Origin: Candidatus Woesearchaeota archaeon
GTDB lineage: Archaea > Nanobdellota > Nanobdellia > Woesearchaeales > B72-G16
Assembly (NCBI GenBank): GCA_003650545.1
Contig: QMQO01000002.1
Location: forward strand, 16,485 to 80,484
Length of the DNA: 64,000 bases
Direction: 5' to 3'
The stretch's first letter is position 1. Each line of letters starts with the position of its first letter. Of the stretch, positions 56,897-64,000 are shown piece by piece. Position numbers and translations under genes: made by a program. Below the pieces are notes generated by a model, which ran no database searches, was not told the origin of the DNA, and saw only the letters and a program-made list of their open reading frames with translations.

Positions 56897-59800
56897 CAAT
56901 AGATAATAATTTAAGAAGAAAATTTGTAAAACATGTTTACAAAAAATTAAAGGAAAGATTAAGCGGTTCGGGTTGCGATAGAGTTTATGGGGATAAACCG
57001 CAAATCAAATTTTTTGTTGGATCATTGTGCAGTCAAGATCCGAAGAGTTCTTTAGGCAGCATAAGAACAAAAGTTGCGCCCGTTAGAATGGGAGTGGAGT
57101 TTCTTTTAAACAAAGACGATGTGGCAAATGCAACTTTGAAGATTAAACCAAAAGCATCCGTCTTTTTTAAAGTGATCCCCGATTATGAAGAACAACTTGA
57201 AGCAGCTGTAAAAAAGAGCAAACTTTCAAGAGAAGAATTCATTAAAGAAGTAGAGAAACAAAAAAAATTAGCTGAAGAAGGCAAAGAAGATATAAACTTA
57301 GGCATCAAACCGCTTACAGTTTTCAAAAAGCATAAAATAAAAGATGCTTTGTTGACTTGCAAAATTTCTGAAGTTGTAGAAAAAGATTTTGAGGGAGAAT
57401 TTGAACTTCCTGGCGTGAAAGAACTTGTAGAAGACGCGCACAATGCTTACAAATCAGAGGAAAGATTATACCGTCCGAAAAAAAGAAAAAAAGATGAGAT
57501 GGAATCTAAAATACCTCTTTCTGTTCTCTCATCTGAAGAAGATTATTACAAATTCATGAGCGAATGGGGAGAAAAAGATGTTTATCCTTCATGGGATTTC
57601 AAAGTTGTTGTAAAAACAACAGAGTTTAATGACTCTCAAATAAAAGTGAGCGTTCTATTCGAAAATACTTGCGTAGCAAAGGAAAATGATCATATTGACA
57701 ATTTTCTCTTTGACACGCATCTTGACGTTGAAGTGGAGGGTGCTGACATCCAGAATTTTATAATCGATTATCTTAATGATCATTACAAATACAATGGAGA
57801 TATGGGCGCCAGCGGAATAAATTGCGAAGCCAAAAGAACAGGCAACAAAATCGTAACGGAACACATGCCTTTTTTTGAACAACTCAGGCTTAAAACTAAT
57901 GACAGATTAAAAGCAAAGTTTGAAGATTTAGCCTCAGACAGAGCTGTTGAAGTGCTGGAAAAAATAGCAAAAGAAATGAGGAGATATCTTGAAGAAGAAT
58001 ACAAACGTTTTGGAAAAGAAGCTGTTTTCAAATCAGAGATAGGCAAGAAAAGATTTGAGGAAGATATGAATGCTTTTGAAGATGAGATAAAGAGATTCGA
58101 GTATGGAATTGAAATTCTCAAAAAATATCCTTTAGCCATGAAAGCATTTAAAAAAATGAATTTGAGTTTTTTAAATTCTAGCAAGAGCAAAGCGTCTGAC
58201 AAGAAATATGATTCATGGAGAATATTTCAAATAATCTTTATCGTAATGAATGTGCCCGATGTCGTTTCAACCGAATATCCTGAGGTCAAATCAAATTTTG
58301 AAAGAGTTGAAGTCCTTTATTTTCCAACAGGCGGAGGAAAAACAGAAACCTATCTTGGGCTTGCAATATTCACTTTATTCTTTGATAGATTAAGAGGCAA
58401 GAAATTTGGCGTGTCAGTTATGACAAAATTTCCACTTAGGCTTCTTTCTCTTCAACAAATTCAAAGAATAGCGAATATCTTAGCGCAAGCAGAACTTATT
58501 AGGAGAGAAGATCCGGAAACAAACAGTGAGGGTTCTGAAGAATTCTCACTAGGATACTTTGTTGGAGATAGAAACACGCCTAATAAACTCATGAGCAAAG
58601 GAACAATATTCGGCGGGCAAGATAAGGATCTTCTTACTCCGATAGTAACTGAAAGAAATCAGATTCTAAAAGGAGAACTTAAATTAGATGATGAGAATTT
58701 AGAAGGTAGAAAATACCTCATTATCTCAAAATGTCCCTTTTGCGGAAGTAAAGAGATAATGATTGATGCAGATGTTGAAAAGATAAGGCTAATGCATAGG
58801 TGTATGAATAAAGAATGCCAAGAAGATGTTTTGCCAATTTACGTCTCTGATATGGAAATTTACAGATATCTCCCTTCTTTCATTATTTCAACTTTGGACA
58901 AGATCGCCATATGCGGGCTTCAGAAGAACTTTAGAAATCTATTCGGACAAGTAACCCATAAATGCCCTCTCCACGGATACAGCAATTCTTCTGAGTGCAC
59001 TGAAAAATGGTTATGCAAAGCAGACAAAGAGAAATTTGAAAAAGTAACACCTTATGATCCTGTTCCAACGCTCCAAATACAAGACGAAATGCATTTAGTA
59101 AGAGAGTCCTTAGGAACTTTTAACTCTCATTATGAAAGCTTTTTAGAACACTATGAGAAAATGCTTACTAAAGGGAAACGCAGCATGAAAATACTAACCG
59201 CAACTGCAACTATATCCGAATATAAGATGCAAACAGATCATCTATATGCTAAAGATGCGTGCCAGTATCCTTCTCAAGGACCAAAGATCTCTGAGTCTTT
59301 TTATGCTTCTGTGGACAATGATGATTTAAATAGACTCATAATAGGGATAACTCCTCACTTCAAAACGATGATATTTTCTGTTCTTGACGTAATCGAAACA
59401 TATCATGAGTTGATTCAAAGATGGCATTCCAATCCTCAAGAATTAATTGCTGAGTTAGGCGTAGAAGTAACTAATGAAGAAATTAAGGAAATGCTAAAAG
59501 ACTATATGATAAAATTATCTTATCATCTTGCAAAAAGCGACGGAGATAGCATATCAAACTCAATAAGGACTATGACAAATAGGTCTTTGAGAGAAAAAGG
59601 GATACCAGAAATAAAACAAAGCCCGCTTACGGGGGACGTATCCTTCAATGATGTGAGGATAGTCCTTGATAAAATTGAGAATCCTAAAACAGAGGAAGAC
59701 ATGGTTGATTTAATTATTGCCACTAGCATGATATCTCACGGGGTGGATATCGACGCCCTAAACTTCATGGTATTCATGGGAATGCCTCATAATACTGCAG

Positions 59801-60408
59801 AATACATCCAAGCTAGCAGTAGAGTAGGAAGGAAATACCCTGGCATTGCAATTGTAATATTTAACCCGACCAGAGAAAGAGATCAAAGTTATTTCAAATT
59901 TTTTACAAAATTCCATGAATATAAAGATTTGCTAGTGGAAGCAGTTCCGATTAACAGGTGGGCTAAATTTAGCATAAACAGAACTGTGCCGGGCATATTT
60001 AGCGCCTCAGTTTTAAATTATTTTGATGCCATTGCAAGCCCCCAACTAAAAGGCAAATCTTTAAACATGAGCAAGGTTTTTGAAAAGGCCATTGATGAAG
60101 GAATTATCAATGAAGAGGAAATAAAGCAGTTTCTTCTTGAAAGTTACAAAGTGAACAAGGATACTATTGGATTTGGTTTTGATAAAGTTATAGAGGATAA
60201 AACAGAAACATATATCCATGAGATTACTCAAACTTTAGGAAACGAGTTTATTACAAGACCCATGTCCGATAAACCTATGACAAGTCTGAGAGATGTTGAC
60301 ACGCTCATAGACATTAATCTGTCACCCGACGGGATGATGATTTTGAAGAACATAAAAGCAAGCAGAACTCCTGTCTTTGATGAAGAAGAAAATGAGGAGG
60401 ATGAATAA
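56893..60408 (+). CDS. SF2 DExH-box helicase (1171 aa) with about 480-aa N-terminal extension and embedded zinc ribbon
   Basis: Motif I YFPTGGGKTETYLG, motif II LQIQDEMHL, motif III ILTATATIS, motif VI QASSRVGRKYPG. CPFCGSK...HRCMNKECQ is inserted between motifs I and II. Confidence 0.75.
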   Translation: MTIDNNLRRKFVKHVYKKLKERLSGSGCDRVYGDKPQIKFFVGSLCSQDPKSSLGSIRTKVAPVRMGVEFLLNKDDVANATLKIKPKASVFFKVIPDYEEQLEAAVKKSKLSREEFIKEVEKQKKLAEEGKEDINLGIKPLTVFKKHKIKDALLTCKISEVVEKDFEGEFELPGVKELVEDAHNAYKSEERLYRPKKRKKDEMESKIPLSVLSSEEDYYKFMSEWGEKDVYPSWDFKVVVKTTEFNDSQIKVSVLFENTCVAKENDHIDNFLFDTHLDVEVEGADIQNFIIDYLNDHYKYNGDMGASGINCEAKRTGNKIVTEHMPFFEQLRLKTNDRLKAKFEDLASDRAVEVLEKIAKEMRRYLEEEYKRFGKEAVFKSEIGKKRFEEDMNAFEDEIKRFEYGIEILKKYPLAMKAFKKMNLSFLNSSKSKASDKKYDSWRIFQIIFIVMNVPDVVSTEYPEVKSNFERVEVLYFPTGGGKTETYLGLAIFTLFFDRLRGKKFGVSVMTKFPLRLLSLQQIQRIANILAQAELIRREDPETNSEGSEEFSLGYFVGDRNTPNKLMSKGTIFGGQDKDLLTPIVTERNQILKGELKLDDENLEGRKYLIISKCPFCGSKEIMIDADVEKIRLMHRCMNKECQEDVLPIYVSDMEIYRYLPSFIISTLDKIAICGLQKNFRNLFGQVTHKCPLHGYSNSSECTEKWLCKADKEKFEKVTPYDPVPTLQIQDEMHLVRESLGTFNSHYESFLEHYEKMLTKGKRSMKILTATATISEYKMQTDHLYAKDACQYPSQGPKISESFYASVDNDDLNRLIIGITPHFKTMIFSVLDVIETYHELIQRWHSNPQELIAELGVEVTNEEIKEMLKDYMIKLSYHLAKSDGDSISNSIRTMTNRSLREKGIPEIKQSPLTGDVSFNDVRIVLDKIENPKTEEDMVDLIIATSMISHGVDIDALNFMVFMGMPHNTAEYIQASSRVGRKYPGIAIVIFNPTRERDQSYFKFFTKFHEYKDLLVEAVPINRWAKFSINRTVPGIFSASVLNYFDAIASPQLKGKSLNMSKVFEKAIDEGIINEEEIKQFLLESYKVNKDTIGFGFDKVIEDKTETYIHEITQTLGNEFITRPMSDKPMTSLRDVDTLIDINLSPDGMMILKNIKASRTPVFDEEENEEDE

Positions 60409-60409
60409 G

Positions 60410-62287
60410 ATGATGAGAAGAGGTAAAAATCAAGTTCTTTTTAAATTTCTTCCAGGAAAACCCATAGATTATAATCAAGGGAATGCAATTGCTCTGGTTG
60501 AGAGGTGGTTCAGTCATAAAGTTGATGATGTTAATAAAACAAGGATCATAAAGGAAGTCTATAATGCTATAAGATCATTTAAGTCAAAAAGAGGATATCC
60601 TAGAATTGCAAGTCCAGATTCCTTTGAATTGTTATCTCCTGTATTTGTAGAAGCCGAGTTATTCCCATTGACTTTTATTTGCGATTCATGTAGCAGAGCT
60701 TACAGTTTTGGTTCTGTGCAACAACTTAACAGAGTGTTAAGAAAACACAAATGTATTTCTTGCGGTGGGAAATTAACGCAAATGGATCTGGTATATACCC
60801 ATGAATGCGGGCATTTATGGGCTCCGAAAATTGCGCCATGCAAAGAACACGGATTTGAAAAAATCATTCTTAATAAACATGGCAGTAATTCTCCAAAAGA
60901 TTGGCGTTGGGAGTGCGGAATATGCAAGAGGGAAACATCCTCCTTAAACAGTTGGTGCCCTGCTTGCAAAGGAACATCAAATTCTCAAATTTGCTATCCA
61001 AAACCATTCAGGCAAACAAGCGTTTTCACACCGCATTCATTAACTCTTGTCAATCTTCAAAATTTGAATGAAGATAGGATTTACGAAGATGATATCTTCA
61101 AAAAGTTGATATTAGCCAAATACATGGATTTGTTTAAGAAGCATAATTCAACTTTTCAAGAATGTTTAGATGTTTCTCCGAAAGACGATAATAAGCTTGA
61201 TCAATTGATTAAGGAGCTCAAAGCGAAAAATATGTCCGAAGAGATGATAAATCAAGTTCTGGAATCAATGAACAAGGTTAATCCGAACAAGAAAGGCGTT
61301 AGGGATGCTATAATCAAAGAGGTTGAAACATTGATTTCACCTCCAGAAGGAGATATGTCTGGTGTAGCCTTAAAAGCATATGAATTTATGGAGACTTTAG
61401 ATTCTTCTGCTTCAGTTCATATAAAAAGGATTGTAGAAAGTTCAGAGAGAAAGAACCATCCTAAAATAGAACAAATAAGAAAATTTCCTAAAAAATTAGA
61501 AGAAATCGGAATTAAAAATGCATATGTGCTTAATGATCTCTCCATAGTTAAGTTAGTCTACGGTTACACAAGGGGCGCTCCTGACAATAAATCAAATGAG
61601 GATAAAAGGACTTTGAATAGATTTGCTACTGATAAATCAACTGACCAAGGAAAAACCCCCATTTATCTTAATAAAGCAAATACTGAAGCGATTTTATTAG
61701 AATTTGATAGATGGAAGATTCTGACCTGGTTAAAAGAAAATGGTGTGATAGATGAGGTCCCTTCTAAAGATGATGAAGCGGCATTAAAGGCTTGGTTTCT
61801 GAACAATGTGCAAACAGACAGAATCTCTCCTTTTAGAGAGATTGATCCGCAACTTAAAAAAACAAAAATGGTATATAAACTTCTGCATTCTATAAGTCAT
61901 GCTCTATTGACGACTTGTTCTGTTGAGTGCGGAATGGATAAAAATTCTCTGGCAGAACTTATCTTCCCATCCATTCCTGCGATAATCATTTATTGTAGCA
62001 ACGTTCAAGAGTTCCAAATCGGCGGGATGTTCACTTTATTTGAGAATAATATAATCCCATGGGTTGAGAAAACACTCACCAAAGTTGGAAGTTGTATATA
62101 TGATCCTGTTTGCATGGATCATCAATCAGCTTGCCATGCTTGTTTGCATTTAAGCGAGATTTCTTGCGTACATTTCAATTATGATCTTGGAAGGGATATT
62201 TTAATTGGAAAGAAAAATAGCAATGAAGAAATAATCGGTTTTTGGAGTAAAAAATTCCTTAGAAAGGTCAATGTTGAAAATGGTTGA
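60410..62287 (+). CDS. multi-zinc-finger protein (636 aa), possibly DUF1998/MZB-like
   Basis: Cys clusters CDSCSRAY...HKCISCGG, HECGH...CKEH, WECGICKRETSSLNSWCPACKG, and C-terminal CIYDPVCMDHQSACHACLHLSEISC. A gaggagga SD lies before the ATG at 60410. Confidence 0.5.
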   Translation: MMRRGKNQVLFKFLPGKPIDYNQGNAIALVERWFSHKVDDVNKTRIIKEVYNAIRSFKSKRGYPRIASPDSFELLSPVFVEAELFPLTFICDSCSRAYSFGSVQQLNRVLRKHKCISCGGKLTQMDLVYTHECGHLWAPKIAPCKEHGFEKIILNKHGSNSPKDWRWECGICKRETSSLNSWCPACKGTSNSQICYPKPFRQTSVFTPHSLTLVNLQNLNEDRIYEDDIFKKLILAKYMDLFKKHNSTFQECLDVSPKDDNKLDQLIKELKAKNMSEEMINQVLESMNKVNPNKKGVRDAIIKEVETLISPPEGDMSGVALKAYEFMETLDSSASVHIKRIVESSERKNHPKIEQIRKFPKKLEEIGIKNAYVLNDLSIVKLVYGYTRGAPDNKSNEDKRTLNRFATDKSTDQGKTPIYLNKANTEAILLEFDRWKILTWLKENGVIDEVPSKDDEAALKAWFLNNVQTDRISPFREIDPQLKKTKMVYKLLHSISHALLTTCSVECGMDKNSLAELIFPSIPAIIIYCSNVQEFQIGGMFTLFENNIIPWVEKTLTKVGSCIYDPVCMDHQSACHACLHLSEISCVHFNYDLGRDILIGKKNSNEEIIGFWSKKFLRKVNVENG

Positions 62288-62684
62288 TGTATTCAGCAAA
62301 GAGAAAAGAAGCTGGATTATGTCCAGAATAAGATCGAAAAACAGTAAATTAGAAGTGTCTTTCAGAAAAATTCTTTGGCGTGAAGGCTTTCGATACAGAG
62401 TTCATTATAAGAAGCTGCCTGGCAAACCAGATATCGTTTTTACAAAACAAAAAGTCGCTGTCTTCATCGATAGTCATTTTTGGCATGGTTACGACTGGGA
62501 AAAGAAAAAGAAAAAACTAAAAAGCGAATATTGGCAATGGAAAATTCCATACAATATGGAACGTGACAAGAGGGTTAATAAAGAATTAAAAAAAATGGGC
62601 TGGAAAGTCTTGAGGTTCTGGGAGCATGAAATCAAAAAAAATCCTTACGCATGCATAGATAAGATTAGGAAAGCTCTTCTCTAA
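62280..62684 (+). CDS. vsr: very-short-patch-repair endonuclease
   Basis: IMSRIRSKNSKLEVSFRKILWREGFRYRVHYKKLPGKPDIVFTKQKVAVFIDSHFWHG is the canonical Vsr signature. Its start overlaps the end of the zinc-finger gene. Confidence 0.85.
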   Translation: MVDVFSKEKRSWIMSRIRSKNSKLEVSFRKILWREGFRYRVHYKKLPGKPDIVFTKQKVAVFIDSHFWHGYDWEKKKKKLKSEYWQWKIPYNMERDKRVNKELKKMGWKVLRFWEHEIKKNPYACIDKIRKALL

Positions 62685-63801
62685 TTTTATCTAACATAGA
62701 TTTGTTTAATCTCCCATGAGATATTAGCCTAAGTTCTCTTAAGAAATTTATTATATCCATTCCGCTAATCAATTTAATTGGATAACTGTCTTCAAATAAC
62801 TCTTCTTGTGCTTGTATTGAAAAATATGATGTTGTAATAAATAACCCATACTCCCCCCTATTCAGCTTGGCAGCTAATCTTGAGAGGTCTTTCGGACCGA
62901 CAGCGTTATTAGGTCCGAATTTTTTGGCTTCGCCTTTAAAGAATATTGTATAATTTAGAGGATAAGGCAGTGTGAAATGGCCAAAAAAGTCGAATCCTTT
63001 ATCTTTTACAAATCGAGTATTCATAATAGAATGTTTTATCCCTTTTATGCTTTCAATGAGATAAACTGTAAACCTTTCGAACTCTTTGGGTTTTAACCTA
63101 TGAATCTCTTCCAGAATTTTATACTCTGAAGAATTCTTAGCAGGAAGCTGTTCTTCTTTTGATTTAATATTCTTTCTCCATACTTTCAAATAAGCTGGTT
63201 TTTTCCCAGAAGTATAATCATTCCAGATTTTAGGAGGCGTATATTTCTCTCCTTTGACTTTTTTATGAATCCAATCTAAATCTACTGAATCAATGTCTAA
63301 TATTTGAAGAACGGCTCTATAATTTCTCACTGGTTTGCCTTTATCTTCAAACCAGGTTCGTTCAAGATTCTCCATAACGCATAAGCCTTCAAATATAATC
63401 TTCCCTCTTTCAGGTTTTGAGAAAAACAATATTGGAGGAATTTCTTTTAAGTTTCCTTCTAAAATCTTATCATGAACTTTTTTCAATATTTTGTTTCCCA
63501 TGAAGTCTTCGCATTTGCGTTTTTGATCGGCTTTTGCATCACCCCAATAATAAATAACTCCGTTGTTTCTATCTATCACGTCTTCCCAAGGATTATGATA
63601 AGAACTCGAAGCTGTTTTTGTAATCAAAATCAGTGCGGCTGGCAATTCTTTTTTATCTTTATAACGCAACCACCTAATCCCTGGTGAATTCATCATTCCA
63701 GAAACTCCAGGTATATTAATCCAGCGCATAAACTGATCTTCTTCAAAGTTGGGGTTGCCTTTGTCTACATATTCTTTTCCAATCTCAAAAATACGCTTCA
63801 T
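62665..63801 (-). CDS. restriction endonuclease with C-terminal Mrr-cat-like PD-(D/E)XK domain, probable Type II partner of adjacent C5-MTase
   Basis: C-terminal FVKDKGFDFFGHF...IFFKGEAKKF...GLFITTSYFSIQA (D...ExK plus the liTTs.Ft..A motif). Its start lies 9 nt downstream of the methyltransferase stop. Confidence 0.55.
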   Translation of the reverse strand: MKRIFEIGKEYVDKGNPNFEEDQFMRWINIPGVSGMMNSPGIRWLRYKDKKELPAALILITKTASSSYHNPWEDVIDRNNGVIYYWGDAKADQKRKCEDFMGNKILKKVHDKILEGNLKEIPPILFFSKPERGKIIFEGLCVMENLERTWFEDKGKPVRNYRAVLQILDIDSVDLDWIHKKVKGEKYTPPKIWNDYTSGKKPAYLKVWRKNIKSKEEQLPAKNSSEYKILEEIHRLKPKEFERFTVYLIESIKGIKHSIMNTRFVKDKGFDFFGHFTLPYPLNYTIFFKGEAKKFGPNNAVGPKDLSRLAAKLNRGEYGLFITTSYFSIQAQEELFEDSYPIKLISGMDIINFLRELRLISHGRLNKSMLDKIREELS

Positions 63802-63809
63802 GATCCTGG

Positions 63810-64000
63810 ATTAATAATATTCTTTTAATATATGCTTTGCTATCCTTTCTGCTAATGCTGGAGGGACCGCATTCGCAATTTGCTGCGATACTGCTTCTAA
63901 TGTTCCTTCAAACACAAAATTATGAGGGAAAGTATGCAATGTAGCCTTCTCTCTGTTCGTAAGATATCTGTCTTCATCGGGATGGATGATATAATTATTT
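63810..64000 (-). CDS. DNA cytosine-5 methyltransferase, C-terminal fragment (continues beyond window)
   Basis: Minus-strand translation ends ...RYLTNREKATLHTFPHNFVFEGTLEAVSQQIANAVPPALAERIAKHILKEYY, which gives C5-MTase motifs IX-X. Confidence 0.65.

Noticed and set aside
62665-63801. Modification-dependent (MspJI/Mrr-type) restriction enzyme interpretation for the Mrr-cat endonuclease
   Set aside because: A C5-methyltransferase gene is encoded immediately upstream on the same strand, with a 9-nt gap. A modification-dependent enzyme would be incompatible with a co-expressed 5mC methyltransferase unless specificities differ. A conventional Type II R-M pair is more parsimonious, although the N-terminal domain is unassigned.

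Overview
This is an AT-rich archaeal chromosomal segment. The archaeal assignment rests on diphthine synthase, Orc1/Cdc6, an XerA-like recombinase, a Bat-type HTH regulator and TATA-led leaderless genes. The window has four parts. (1) 1-8.8 kb: housekeeping and accessory genes. These are a PE-repeat protein, dph5 next to an unusual asparagine-synthetase::Dph6 fusion, an NFACT-R protein, a tyrosine recombinase followed by two families of iteron-like tandem repeats, and an SDR plus HTH_10 regulator cassette bracketed by a GC-rich inverted 11-mer. (2) 8.8-19.7 kb: a defence and accessory island. A Type III R-M system (Mod and Res) sits in a tightly coupled six-gene operon with a small RHH protein missed by the ORF track and three uncharacterised proteins. 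The island also carries a minimal nucleotidyltransferase, an apparently C-terminally truncated 2-hydroxyacid dehydrogenase and a Tat-lipoprotein phosphoesterase. Four copies of a roughly 150-bp structured repeat element are interspersed here, and their helices show compensatory base changes. (3) About 19.7-51.6 kb: a visibly more GC-rich block of about 32 kb, all on the + strand with Shine-Dalgarno-led genes. It is a head-tail (siphovirus-like) archaeal provirus. It encodes an SF3-like helicase, an AEP primase-polymerase, a Dam-family methyltransferase, a ParB-like nuclease, a large terminase, a portal protein with a MuF-like C-terminus, an HK97-type prohead protease, a scaffold protein, two tandem paralogous HK97-fold capsid genes, and a tail module. 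The tail module contains a chaperone pair with a frameshift ORF, a 1370-aa tape-measure protein, baseplate proteins and an 892-aa fibre. (4) 51.7-64 kb: Orc1/Cdc6 and a Cas4-like Fe-S nuclease, followed by a second candidate defence locus. This is a translationally coupled operon of a wHTH regulator, an 824-aa unknown protein, a 1171-aa DExH helicase with an embedded zinc ribbon, a 636-aa multi-zinc-finger protein and Vsr. It is convergent with a Type II restriction endonuclease and a C5-cytosine methyltransferase that is partial at the window edge. The helicase plus Cys-rich protein plus 5mC methyltransferase architecture resembles class-2 DISARM, but it is not identical and is the best candidate for an undescribed system. 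No CRISPR arrays, rRNA or tRNA genes were seen.
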